Below, piece by piece: positions 37,807-51,773 of a stretch of DNA of 64,000 bases. Below the pieces are notes generated by a model that was not told the origin of the DNA, ran no database searches, and saw nothing but the letters and a program-made list of their open reading frames with translations. Each line of letters begins with the position of its first letter. The first letter of the stretch is position 1. The stretch comes from Salpingoeca rosetta (Eukaryota > Protista > Choanoflagellata): assembly GCA_033442325.1 (NCBI GenBank), contig JAWQFM010000003.1, positions 2,270,524-2,334,523 on the forward strand. The letters run 5' to 3'. Made by a program: the position numbers and the translations under genes.

Positions 37807-37895
37807 GCGCGCGCATTGGTTGTATTTGACAGACGGTGCGCAGGACGCTGAAGGGCGGGAGTGTGGACGGCATCAAGTTCGACAAGTGCCTCTGA
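36892..37895 (+). CDS. UBE2M: NEDD8-conjugating enzyme Ubc12; central catalytic exon(s) absent from this sequence (deletion, pseudogene or assembly collapse)
   Basis: Exons present: [19 protein letters not shown] (36892-36985), [21 protein letters not shown] (37226-37289), [16 protein letters not shown] (37542-37616), [20 protein letters not shown] (37833-37895). No HPN..VC segment is present. Confidence 0.85.
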
Positions 37896-38282
37896 TCTTG
37901 TGAAGAACTTCAAACGGACAACAGACAGTCCTTGTCGTACATGCACACTTCCCATGGCCACTCTGGTTTCGCCTGTTGTATCTCAAACGCGTCTCTCGTA
38001 TCGCCGCATTGCTTATGTCTTGATGTTGCCCCACATTACAACCCAACACAATACAATCATCGTGCATCTTGGAACGAGTGTGCCACGTCACGTGTGGTAT
38101 ACTAGGCTTGCAGCTTGACACGCGAGACGAAAGCAATCACGAAAGAGAGAGAGGGAGAGAGGACGGGAAACGGATGAGAGAGGGGGGTGGAAAGGGAGAA
38201 GGGCAGACAGAAACAGAGACACATAATGACACACACACACACACAACACCAGCTGTTCAACTGGCAGGGAAGTGAAACCGCC

Positions 38283-40459
38283 TCACGGATTGAGGAGTGT
38301 GACGTCAACGGCGCGGATCGTTGCATCATCTTCGGGTGCAAAATCATCAGCGTACTCGAAGACCCATGTGCCACTGGTTGTGCAGCCATCCAGCGCACTC
38401 CAGTCACCTTCCGGCTTGGCTGGGTTGGCAGGGAAGAGGGAAGTTGCAGATGGGGTCCAGCAGTGTTGTCCGTCGACGTCGGCACTGCCGCCAAGGTCCG
38501 TGGCCAGCTCCAGTTTCTGGCCACTTGGACAGCGGAGATACAAGTCCTGGCATGGGCCACAATATCGTGCGCAGCAGAGCAGCAAGCATGGAGATTGTGC
38601 GTGTGTGGGTAAGGGAGACGGAGAGGTAGAGGGGGGAGGACAAACGACAAATCTTGCAGGTTTGTTTGTGTTGGTGGGACGAAGCAATGGTCAGTGGACG
38701 GCTTACAATATCGCTGATAAATGTGTGCTTCAGATCAATGCAGATGGACTGGATATGAGACGTGGCCACAAAGTTGGGAATGTCCACAGTCTCTTCATGG
38801 CACAGGTCAGCGCTCTCAACTACGACTGCAGGAAGTGTCGTGCATGGAGATGTGGTCGTGGTAGTGGTTGTGGTTGTGGTAGTTGTAGTCGTTGTTGTGG
38901 TAGTTGTGGCTGTAGTTGTAGTTGTTGTGGTTGTGGTGGTGGTTGTGGTCGTCGTCTCGACACCGTTCACCTTGCAGCGGTGGAACCGAAGCTTGCAAGC
39001 CCCAAGGGCAGCCACAACCTACAAGTGTGTGAGTGAAGGCAGTGTGTGTGTGCAAGCCAGCGGTTGTAGGTGAGAGTACGTGCATGTCGTGTTGTCCTGC
39101 GCCACCCGCATTCATAAGCAAGGCATGGTCTAGTATGCATGCATTGAAGCACTAAGGTGTCTGTCGTCTCACGGTAGCATCCTTTGCAGCGACGCTGAAC
39201 TTGTTGGGTGCAAGCGGAGTCACGGAGGAGCCGTCTTTCAGCGACAGATCGCACGTCTACAATGATGCAGGCGTGGCAAAGATGCCAGCGTGTCATGTGA
39301 GCACAAGGAACATTAACCAATGAACGCGAGGGCACGGCTACGCATGCGCGCGTTATCACTGGACGAGGGCACGAACGGACTCTGACCGTGTATGCAAAGC
39401 AAAGTGCAAGAGCACACTTCCGCCCGCCCTTTCACGGTCGCAAAGGGGAGATAACAGTGACTCACATCCAAGCCGCAGTCTTCCTGAATGGCGTCGCGCA
39501 GCTGGCTGGCAAACTTGTCCAGCTGGGCGTCCGTAAACTCGTCGAGCTTCTGGTTACGGAGGCACTTGGTCGTCAGGACAGCGCTGGTGCTGTACGTGGT
39601 GTCCTGGCACACGTCGGTGTTTCCTTCGGCAACATAGTTCACGAGCTTGAGGTTGCACTGCATGAAACGAACCTTGGTTGTACTCATGCACGTCTCAATC
39701 GCCTCTACCGTCTGTACTCATTGTCAAAGAGCAAAGCCAAGCGATATCGCGAAGGCATTAGACGCATCCTGGGTGCACAGGACAAAGCGTCACTCTGGCA
39801 AAGGCTGCATGATCATGGAGGTCAAGAAACACATACCACCCCCATCCCCATTGAGGCGACACACGGCTTCACCCCCCCCCATCCGCTTGCGCACCCGCAA
39901 CGAGACCAAGTCACATGTGTATTTCTGCTCACCGATGCGTTGTGCACGGCAACGCGCACAGCGTTTGTGCCATCAGCCACGACCTCGATGTCGCTTGCGT
40001 TTGTCGACCGCACATCACACTGCAAAACAACGGCAGAAGGGCAGGGGGACAAGAGGAAGAGCGGCTCACATCAATTCAAATGGAACAATGCGTAAACTGT
40101 GGAAGATCTGCATACAGCGAGCATCTCCAACAATAAAGCCCCGCTTCTTTCGTACTCGCGCACACACATGTGCGCACATGCGCTTACACACACACACACA
40201 CACACACATACGTGCACACCTGGGAGAGGCCGCATGAAGCAGTGAGCTGTTCGTTGAGTTTGCGGGCAAACTTGTTGAGGCGCCAATCCTCGTACTCGGC
40301 AATCTTCTTGGAACGGATGCAGCGGAAGGTCAGCTGGGCAGAGCCATCATACTGAGTGGACTCGCAGCCCGTGGTAATGGTTGTAGCCGAGACTGGCACG
40401 GAAACCAGGGCAACAACAGCCACAACAAGGGCCGTCAGGGCGCGAAACGTCTGGGCCAT
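38283..40459 (-). CDS. Secreted protein: signal peptide, two Cys-containing internal repeats, Thr-rich stalk, C-terminal proprotein-convertase P-like domain
   Basis: Signal peptide MAQTFRALTALVVAVVALVSVPVSA; repeats SAQLTFRCIRSKKIAEYEDWRLNKFARKL..SCGL and SAVLTTKCLRNQKLDEFTDAQLDKFASQL..DCGL; poly-Thr with mixed codons; IQSICIDLKHTFISDIDLYLRCPSG..GCTTSGTWVFEYADD. Confidence 0.75.
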
Positions 40460-41228
40460 CCTGGTCAACGAGCGGTCAGTGTCTTGGTCAGAGAAGGGAA
40501 GGTGATGGGGGCGATGAAGCTAGGCGATGAAAATGAGTACCACTGACAGATCAAGCCCGCCACACCAAGCGGTGTGTTGTACAACACTTCAGCGCCTACA
40601 GCACGGCAACCAAGGCACCAGCAAGATTGTGGGATGAACTTGTTTTCCAACACAGTGCATTGCTTTCCCAGCCAAACACCAATGCTGGCACCACCCAATC
40701 CTTGAACAAAGTGGTGCAGTGGTGTGAGGTCATCGTCATGCTTGCTGCTTCGTTGTGGCAATCTTTACACCTTTGCAGCTGAGATTTCTCGTACCTGTAC
40801 GGCTTTCCAACACTCTTGACTGTTTTCCAACACAGAGAACACCCCCAAAAAATTATTCCTTCGGGAAAAGTCGATGTTGTTCGCGCGCGTGTGTTGTGTA
40901 TGGTGTATGGTGCTGGAGGGGCTGTGGGTGTGGTCTCTTGGTCTCGCTCATGCCGCTCACTCACACTCTCACACACATACACACTCTCAGCTCTCAGCTA
41001 TCGAACGGGTGATTTCATTCTCTGCTCGCTGTGCTCTGTTGCTCTTTCTCCCGGACTGCCCCTTAATCGCAGCATCCCTTGTTGCTTGCTCATCGTTTGC
41101 AACGCACTACGCAATGAATGTTTTAACTGGGACGTCCCGACACACGACATCGAACGATCATGCATGCATGACAATAATGATCAGCTAGTTACATATCATT
41201 AGCAAGTCAGGCTACCGCATTCCCGTCA

Positions 41229-41858
41229 TCACCTCTTCTTGCCCCTTCCTCGCCCTTTACCTCTCCCGCTCTTCCTGCTGCTGACTGCCTTGCGCATCGC
41301 CCAATACCTGCTTTGCTCTGCACAAGCGCCACGTGCGGGCACAGGTGTGGGTGCGTGTAATGTAGCATCATGAGCGCAGAGTGACACCAACAGCGTGTAA
41401 CCACAGGCAAATTGCACTTGCTCTCACCCTTATATCCACCAACGCTCACAGAGACACGGACGCAAACGCAAACGCAAACGCAGATGATGATCGCGACATG
41501 CCATGTTCATCTCTTCACGTGCCTACCTTTTCGATTACTGCTGCTGCCTCTGTATGTCATCCGGCGCCCTCGGCCCCTCCCTCTTCCTCTTCCCCGCGCC
41601 CGCGCTGCCGCACGGCGTGTTGCTGTGGCCGCCGCCGTCACACTGTGCTTTGGCTTCTTGTGGAACAGGTTGTCGTAGTCGAGCCCATCACTGCCTTCGT
41701 CAACACCGACTGCGCATGCCCACAATCACATGGACAAGAAGGTGAGACAATCGTGTTCTAACACCACACCTGAACGACCGCCATGACAACAAAAAAAAAA
41801 AACACAATACGCACGCAACAGACCACACTGGGCCACTTCAACGAGAAGGAGCGGCCAG

Positions 41859-41902
<44 letters not shown>

Positions 41903-43421
41903 GCACACACACGCACACACATACATTCATGCACACGCACACACATACATACATTCATGCACACGCACACGCACGCACATCCGCGCTCGCACCGTTGTAG
42001 CGAAGAGGACTAAGAGGAAGGCCATCACTGTCATACTCCACCTCGCCTTGTTCACCATCACCACAACCAACAGCTGTGTACTCATCATCGCTGTTGTCAA
42101 AGTCACCGAGCACATCTGGGGGTGCCGCCAAGTTCAACCGACTCCCAACATTGAACGACGCCCGCATATCCTCGTCTCCGAGGGCAGTGCGCGTGGTGGC
42201 ATTGGTCCTGCCCTTGGGCCGGGCAGAGTTGCGCAGGCGACTGCGCCGCTGCCCGATTGCATCAAACAGGAGCCCGCTTGCGTCATCTCCATCATCATTG
42301 TCATCACTGCTGTCGCTGATGATGCCGCCCAAGCGCGATGACGAGGCTGTGGACGACCCAGCACGACCACGACCACCGCCACGCTTGCCACGACCACCGC
42401 CGCCAACTTTGCCATCGCTTTTGTCATCAGCAAACAGATTGAGCGAGTCACCCAGCGTTCCTTCCTCCTGCAACGCCAGTGCTGCGGGCGTGCGTGACAG
42501 TGGTGTTGTCGGCTTTACAATGTCCTCTACAAGTCTCTGTCCTCGCGATTTCGGCCTTGCATTCGGATCGGGGCGTGTACGCACCCCTGCACCCGATGTG
42601 TGTGCGTGGGAGGAGAAGGGGGGGGGAGATGAATGCCGATGAGTGAAACGGGGTGGGAGATGGGAAAGTGTGAGGGAAAAGTGAGGCACAGCGCGCGTGC
42701 GTGTGTGTGTGCACGAGCGTTTGTTGTTACGTGTGTGTGTGTGTTTACGTGAGTGTATGCGCGGAAGTTCTCAAACCGTGATTGCCAACAAAGAATCAAC
42801 ACAGGCAACGAATGAAGCAAATGAGTTATGACCAAACCAAACAACCGCAACCATTGTGTACGCCAAAACTGACACACCTGGACCAGCCAATAGTTGCTCT
42901 GTGATGGACTTGTGCTTCTTCATTGCGACAACACGGCTGCTGCCGTCACCGTAGTCGTCACCGCTACTGTCCCTGCTTGTGTGACGCCGCTTCGCGCGCA
43001 GATCGCCACCCGACACCACATTGTCCGTATCGCCCGTATTGTAGTCACCATCGCCACCACTATCTCCACTACTATCTCCACCGTCATTGTTGTCTTCCTC
43101 ACTGCTCTTGTGCTGTTGTTGCTGCTGCAGTTGTTGCTGCGCTTGTGTCCGTGTCCTGCTCTTCCGGTGAAGTCGTTTTCTGCGAGCCAGGGAGAGGAAG
43201 AGAGAGGAGTGTGTTAACGTGAATGGTAGGCCGCGGGTCGCGTGTGCGAGCAAGGACTAATTGCATGAAAGTGGGAACAAGACCTTATCTGGGCGGCACG
43301 CAAGTCCAAAACACACACACACACACATTCAGGACATCCACGACATCCACGACACACAAACACACACCACCACCACCACCACCACCACCACCACCACCAC
43401 CACACACACACACACATACAC

Positions 43422-43509
<88 letters not shown>

Positions 43510-44045
43510 GTCGCACGATGCTTGACACTGGCGTCGACACGAAATCGTCCTCATCCACCAGCACCACATCAAGTGCTGGCGGGCGGCTTTGCCTGCTCTT
43601 CTTCTTGGACGGCTTCTGCTGTTGCCTGCTGTCATGAAGAGCATACACACCACCAACATGGGCTGCCGCTGCTGATGATAATGGCTCGGCATCATTAGGC
43701 GTTGCTGCTGTTGATGTTGTTGTTGGGCGCAGTTGCGACGGCGCCGTTGCCTGCGTCCATTGCGTCTCGATTGTGTCCACAACACCCACCGGCCGCCCAC
43801 CCGTTCCTGGCGATGTTCCCCTTGCTGTCGCTGCTGCTGCTGTCGTTGTTGCTGGAGGGCGTGGATGGGACGTCGTGGTAAATGGAGTCTTGGGCACAAC
43901 AAGCAGGATTCAGCAACACGATGCACACGAAGTGGTGTCGTGTGTAAGTGCACGAGGAACAATGCGTTTGAATGGAATTGTGTTGTTCACACTTGTCAGG
44001 TACGATCACTGCTCCAGGAAGGTTCTCACCCAGACCTAGACCCCC

Positions 44046-44123
<78 letters not shown>

Positions 44124-44830
44124 GCATCTTACCACATCTTCAATGTCCGGTGGCGTGTTGCGCTTGTCATCCTCGTCGTCATCCAGCAGCGTCCCAAGAT
44201 GCAGCGATCGACCCGTCAGTGCATCATCATCATCATCACCATCCTCATCATCAACACCACCACCACCACCACAATGACCCCCATCATCACTATCACGGCT
44301 GGCACCACCACCAGCAGCAAGTTGGTGTGCAGTATCGCCCCACTGTCGCGCGTTTGACAGGGGTGATAACCACTCGCTTGGTTGTTCCTGTTGGTCGCTG
44401 CCGCTATCATCACCGCCACCAAGATCCTCAGATGCACTGTCTGCATCCAACCCAGCGCTGTTGCGGCACTGCAGCTGATGGTGCTGGTCACGATGTGGTT
44501 GGTGATGTTGGTGGTGTCGGTTTTGGTGTCGTGGTTGTTGGTGTTCACGAGTGACAGCGTTGCCCGCGTCCAGGTCAGCTGGCGCAGCGGGGCTGTGATG
44601 TGGCGACTGCTTGATTGGTGGCGCTTCAACTGCCGCAGGATGGCGCTGCACTTGCTGCGAGGACGAGCCTGCACGACCATGACACGGAGGAAGGGAGATA
44701 GGGAGGGGAGGAGACGATGTTAGCGCCGAGAAAGTGAGCCTGCGCACAGTAAAAGTAAACAAACAAATGAACAAGACATAAAGTGACACACACACCCACA
44801 CTCACACTCACACCCACACACACACACACG

Positions 44831-44865
<35 letters not shown>

Positions 44866-47325
44866 TCAGTCAGCGCGCATATTTGTTGTTCAAGCGCAAA
44901 ACACCTGGTCTCCGTTGGCGGCGTCTTGGTCGGCGCGGGGTGAATTCGGGCGAGGGCGAACGGCGATCGACAGCCGGACTCAACTCACGCCCGTTCCCAG
45001 GTGCATGTGCTGCGGCCACACTGCCACTGCCACCAGCACTACCACGGCCACCTCCACTTCCACCTGACTCAACCCCATCCCTATCTTCACCGTGGTCGTT
45101 GTCATCGTCATCATCTTGCCACAGCATCAGGGTTGCTGGCCTGGCGAGTTGGGTTTCAGCGTCATGCTGCGTCGCGTCACGAACGTGCGCGCGCGTGCTG
45201 CTGTGTTCACCTGTGGGCATGTGTCCACTTGAAGCAGCGATGTCCATGTGCATGTCCCCGCCACCGCGTTTGGCATCGCCATCATCATCATCATCACCAC
45301 CACCACCATCACGACCATTCCCAACATCATCACCACAACCGTCCTCGGCCTCATCAAAGCAAGCGAGCAGATTCATGCTGCTGACAAACGGGCGCTGTTG
45401 TTGCGAATGTGCTTGCCCTTCCTGCGCTTGAGACGCGCCGGCTGCTGTTGTCACTCCCGCTATTCTTGTTGGTACTGGTGCTGGTGGTGCTGCTGTAGTA
45501 GTCGTCACTGGCCTGCCTGCTGTTGATGTGGTTGTCACGCCTCCACCACCACCACCACCACCACCACCGGTGTGACGTGTCGGGTTTGGGGCTGGACCAC
45601 ACGTCTCAGCGGCACTCGAATCATCGCTCGAATCAGACAAGACATGTCGCAACCTGGTGCCGCTGTCATCGTCACCACCATCACGACAATGACGACGACG
45701 ACCATCACCACCACCACCACCACTGCCGCTGTCACTATTGCTGTCGTTGGAAGCAGCAGAAGAAGCAGAAGAGGAGGAGGAAGAAGACACCAGTGTACCG
45801 CTTCGCCGTCTCCGTGCTGCCTTTGCTCCTCGTGCTCGCTTTGTTCTTCTTCGTGCATGTGCGAGGGCTGCAGTTGGTGGTGGTGGCGGTGGCGGTGGTT
45901 CACGCAACACGGCCTGCCCACCGTCATCACTGGTGCCTTCGTCATCATCGTCGTCACTGGCATACTCAACAACGTCACCACCACGACTCGGTCTGTTGCG
46001 GACACCGCCACCAACCACATCACCAGCCGCATCCCCGCCACCACGACCACGACCACGACGACGACGACGACCACGACCACCACTGTCATCATCATCATCA
46101 CCATCACCATCATCACCACCAGAAGTGTCATCACCACCACGGTCAGTATCAGTACCGCCACTTTGGCTCCTGTTGGTGTCTGCTGCAGCAAGCGCTGTAC
46201 TGCACAGCACCTCGGCTTCAAACAGCGCCGCCCGCTCTTCAAGCGACGCAATCCCACGTGCGCGCAGGAAGAAGCGGCGATGTGCACACATGCGCGAGTG
46301 CACTTGCTGATGAAGCACGCCCAACAGTGAACCGGTTCTGACACTGCTATCGCTGATGTTACTGCTGCTGCTGTTGTCACTGGTGCCGTTGTTATTGGCG
46401 CTGTTGTTATTGGTGCTGCTGCTGCCAGTGTTGGTGCTGGCGGTACCGTACCTTCTCTGTAGCCGCTGGCTTGCTGTGCAAGCATCAAAGCCGCGTTCGT
46501 CATCGTCGCTGTTGGTGGATTGGGGCGTTGACATGAACGTTGACGTGTGCAGGAGGTCACGGCTGTGCAGGATCACGCCTGCACCCCCACGCCCTGCAAG
46601 CATGGAGAGGCCTGCCTGCTGGAACGCAGCACGGCACCCGGCATGTGTGGCACGAAGAGGTGCGCGTGTGGCTCCAGTCTCCACCGCCTTATCCCGACAC
46701 ACGTGCGCACGCATCGTGTTCTGGTTCCTTGCGCTGCTTCGTTTTCGCTGCTGCCGCCGTGCACCCCTGCCACCGTCAGCACTGCCTCCGCCATCGTGAC
46801 CGCTATTCATCTGAATACCGGCCACATCACTGTCCTCGCCTTGAATCATCTCGGTTACGTCATTGTCATCATCATGGTGATGGAGGTCAGTACCATCACC
46901 GCCACCGTCGCTGCTGTAATTGCCGTTTCCTTCCGTAATATGTGCGCGTGCTGCTGTTCTCCGCTTCCCAACACCGCCACCATGGCCAACACCACCGTTA
47001 CGACCGCGTACGCCAAGACCATCATCGCTGCTGTCTTCGTCCTGCCCAGCAATCATCGCTGTGGCTTCCCCCGTGTCTGTACCTACCCGCCCTTGTGCTG
47101 CTCGTCCAGAACCGGGCAATCGCGCGCTCGTGTTTGCCTGCATGCCTGCAGGCACATCTGGCAGCTGTATGTGCACGGGCAGTGGGCGGCGACGGCGAGG
47201 GGTCTTGCGCGAACGATGTGGCGATCGAGAGGCCAGCAATGGTGGTGGTGGTGGTGGTGGTGGTGGTGCTAATGGTGGCCGATTCCTGTTGTGTGTGCGT
47301 ATATGTGTGTGCGTGTGTGCGTGTG

Positions 47326-47398
<73 letters not shown>

Positions 47399-48181
47399 TG
47401 TTTGGTGGCAGACGGTAACAGAAAGTGAGCGTGTTGAGAGTTGAAAAGAGGCGTGGAACACAAGCCAGAACACGTGGTGATGTCACACAGTCAGTGCAGG
47501 TGGGCGATCCAAACACAGGCCAGCGTATCCACAGTACGTGCCAGCTCTCAACTCACGCGAAAAAGCTGTGCAACTTCATCTGCTTTGGTGTACGGCCTAC
47601 AGCACAGGAACAGACAGAGCAAGCCATGGTTAAGAGCGCAAAATCACATGTTGAGAGAGCCAAGGCGCATTCTATTTGTGTTCAGACACGCGCACGCTTC
47701 AATGTTTAGCCCGCACAGGCAAGAGAGTACAACACAACCACGAGCAGAGAGATGAGCGCGTGCGGGCCACACACCTTGAGCGCTGTGCTTGGACTTGGAT
47801 GATGACGATGCGGCTGAAGGGTTTGCATCTGCGGTTGGCAGCCACGTGTCGTCGTCATCGTCGCCATCACCACCAGCGTCGTCGCTGGAATCGTGGTCAT
47901 CGTCGCCGTTACCAAAGCTGCCGGGTTCTTCATCACTGGAGGAGATGATCTCATCGTGGACGGGCGGGCTGGTTGACTGGGCTCTCCTGGCCCTCGTCGT
48001 CGCCGCTCTTGGACTGGTGCTGGCAGCTTGGCGACTATGCTGACCGGCAGTTGAGCCAGTGTCAGTGCCGTGCTGCTGTCTCAGAACTGCCGACGACGAC
48101 GAAGACGACGACGACTTTCCATGCGCCACCACGGCACGGTACACCCCGTTCCTCATCGCGCATCACAGAACGGATAGCATG
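41229..48181 (-). CDS. Large low-complexity (D/S/G/R-rich) uncharacterised protein with RG-rich basic C-terminus; boundaries approximate
   Basis: Long open exons outside microsatellites (e.g. ~44880-47280), plus exons at ~47775-48180, 44135-44670, 43515-43900, 42880-43185 and 41975-42590. Ends [26 protein letters not shown]. Confidence 0.55.
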
Positions 48182-48965
48182 CACCACCGCCGTGATCACA
48201 AAGGGTTGAAACACGGCACGTGCGTGCCTTGTCGCCAGCCTTGTGCACGAATGGCGAGGGAAGTGCCGCAAGAGAGCAGAGAACAGAGAGGGGGGTTCAG
48301 AGAGAAGAGAGAGAGAGAGAAGGAAGAGACAACGTGTGCGTGTGCAGCAGCAGCAGCAGCAGCAGCGTTGGCGCTGTGGTCGTGCGTTCGTGCAGCAACA
48401 CACACAAGTTCGCGCGGTTTCAGGACAGCCGGCAAAGTTGTGAGGATTTGTGGGAAACTTCATGCAATATTCTGCACCCAAGCGGCACAAACAACAACAA
48501 CAACAACAACACGAGCCAGACGTGTTGCTTGGCTTTGGCTTTACTGCTGTTGGCTTTGCTTCTGTTGGCTTGTTGGGTGCCACATCACACAACATCACAC
48601 CACACCACACACGCACACACACATACACATACACCTACACACAAACGAACGAACCTTTCTTCACTGTCTTGCTTGTATTTACCGTCTTGCTGGCGAAGAA
48701 AGGGAAGAAGTCACCTTACTCAAACCAAGCAAGGCACCACCAAGCAGACGAAACCCTGTTGATCCGTTCAAGCAGTTGTTGGAGTGAGCGCCTTCCTTGC
48801 TGGTTGTGTTGCTTCTGTGAGCATTTTCAAGTGCAGCATTACTGATTTGATCCATCTACCATCAACCAACGGCAGTGACACAGTCACCACCACCGCCACC
48901 GGCAATTTGCATCGGAGAAGAGCCCACTTTCAGATCTGGAGCGAGCAGCCAAGCTGTCCTCCACC

Positions 48966-49194
48966 ATGGGATGCTGTTCAAGTGCACATGTTGATGCCAA
49001 CACGCTCGTGACATCGCGGCCAACGAGCACTCAAGGTACGGGTGGTGCACGGTGCTCTTCTGAAGTGGTTGAGTGGTGGGGGCGCTGCTCTTCGCGCTGG
49101 CTTGCTGCTCGTTTGGGCACATTGACATGACAACACACGCGTTCCTGCCCGTTTCTTGATTGATGCGTGACGTTAGCTTTGAGAAGTTTGCCCC

Positions 49195-49289
<95 letters not shown>

Positions 49290-49338
49290 CCATCGGATGC
49301 ACCCTTGACCAGAAGTCAAGTGCTGGCGAAACGAAAAG

Positions 49339-49402
<64 letters not shown>

Positions 49403-49851
49403 ACTTGTACATCTTATTTTGTTTTTGTGTGTGTTTGCATTTGCATGTACTTTCTTGCGTGTGTGTCATGTCACATGACCATTGCTTGTGTTGAATGCCG
49501 CCTGACCTTCCCCCGACCATCACTCCTTGCAGTTCTGGCACACGGCGCCAGCATATGGCGGGCGACAGGAGGTGTGGGATGCACTCAAGGCGGCGTGCGA
49601 GACAGACGACACGGCGCTAGTGCATGCCATCATCGAAAGCGCGGGCATCAAGCTGCCAAATGGGACACTGCAGGTGGCCTATGATGAACTGGGCAACAAG
49701 TATGATATCCCACCGTATTGCTATTCTTTCCCGTCAAACATGATTGAGGACAATGACGAAACAAAGTTGGATGCAGCCGCTGCCGCTGCACATGGCAACG
49801 GTGCGAGCAGCAGTTCCAAGCCCGCCACGCCTGTGTCAGGTCAGTTTGCAC

Positions 49852-49921
<70 letters not shown>

Positions 49922-50829
49922 CATGTGTTTCAGCAAAGCACGCATGTGCGCACATATGTGTGTGTGTGTGTGTGCGTGTGAGGTTGCGTGCAAGCATGCA
50001 CTGCCTATGCTGCTCCGTCAAGTGTGTACGGACATCACTCACTCTTTGTGGTCGTTGTTCTGCTGTGGTGACGCAGGGAATGGCACCAGTGCGGATACAG
50101 CGACAGTGAATGCCGCCGACAAAGTAGCGTCCTCCGCAGAGCGCGCAACATCAGACAGCGAACGGAGCGATGTGCAAAAGGTGAGCGCGTGTGAGTGAGA
50201 ACGAGAGTGTTTTATACGCATGTGTATGTGTGATGTTGGTATGTTATCAGTCCTTTCCTTCCATTCTTGTTGCTTTGTTTACATGTGTGTGTGTGACCAT
50301 GCAAACGCAACGCCCACCAACAATCAATGCCATTGGCGTGTGCCTGAACAGGTTCGAGTGCTGCTGAGCAGCGGAACAAAAGTCACTGTGGAAGTCGCCC
50401 CTGAAGGTGCTGCACGTTGCTGTAGAAAGGCTTTTGTTTCGTGATGCATTGTGACATAATGCATGCATGCATGCGTGCATTCATGTACCTACCGCTGCTT
50501 GCTGCCACAAAGAAGCAAACAGCGTGTTGCATGAACGCATGTACATCTCCATACTCACACGAGCGCACTCATACACACGTAATGTTCATCCAAAGCTCAT
50601 GCTGACCCAACACATCACGACACACACACACACACGCACGCACGCACGCACGAGAACAGATACGGTGGAGTGTGTGCGCCAGCAGCTGGAGGCGATCGGC
50701 AGCGCTGCTGCGAATCGGGTGCTGATTGTGTTCTTGGGCAAACCCGTGCCGGCGTCGTGGCGAATATGCGATCTCAATCTCCATCGCAGTGATGTGCTGC
50801 AGGCGTTCGTCTTCCCCGGTGACGCCTGA
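48966..50829 (+). CDS. UBTD1/UBTD2-like ubiquitin-domain protein (MGCC acylation motif, ubiquitin-binding domain, C-terminal UBL)
   Basis: MGCCSS start; [92 protein letters not shown]. Confidence 0.9.
49194..49289 (+). repeat. (CAA)32 tract, apparently exonic polyglutamine
   Basis: Pure CAA run in frame between the acceptor TTAG| (49176) and the conserved SDAPLT segment. Confidence 0.8.
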
Positions 50830-50833
50830 TGGT

Positions 50834-50900
<67 letters not shown>

Positions 50901-51773
50901 TACACACACACACACACGCACACGCATACACACACTTCCTTTTTTCTTCTTCATGGAGCATTTTCCGTTCCCGCGGATTGAAAGTTTTCCCGCGTGTCCG
51001 TCGTGACATTTCTCGGGCGCGCCGTACCTGTCCAGTTGTGCCTGTCTCTGTAATCAAATAAGCCCTCCTCCTCCCGTTCCCTCTGTCGTGTCACTGGTGT
51101 TGTTCAGACAAACCCTGCTCTTGCCTTTCTCATGTTTGATTATTCATGCACATGCCCTTATGCTTGAGGGAAGTTTGAGTAAACGTAAGCGCACTGTTGT
51201 TATTGTTGTTGGTGGTGGTGGCGGCGCCGTTTTTGTGCACTTTTCGTGTGTTTCATGAGTGCAAATGGTCAAATCACACATATTCGTGGACGCGTTTGCC
51301 TTCTGCTTAAGACTGTTTAAACTGAGGGTTGTCCGTCTTATGATGCCAGGGACAAGAACAAGTACAACAACAGCGATAACCAGGAACAAATGCAACTTGA
51401 ACACACATGGGGGCAATACTGCTTGCCTGTCTGTACAAGCGAATTGGAACAAGAAGAAGAGGGGCGAAAACGATAGCGAAACGAACTAACTAGGCAAAAT
51501 GCAGTTGAAAGCGGAGGTGGTAAACAGCACAACAACACAGCACAATGCAACGCAATACGAGCCTTCTCTTGCTTCTCTGCTTGTTTGAAGGTGCGTTGGA
51601 AGCAAAACACACGCACAAAGATGCAGACACCGACACCGACACCGACACCGACAGACACACACATACACACCTCCACACACACACACACACACACACATAC
51701 ACACCTCCACACACACACCTCCACACACACACCTCCACACACACAAATACACACTCACACACAGAGCAGGTGG

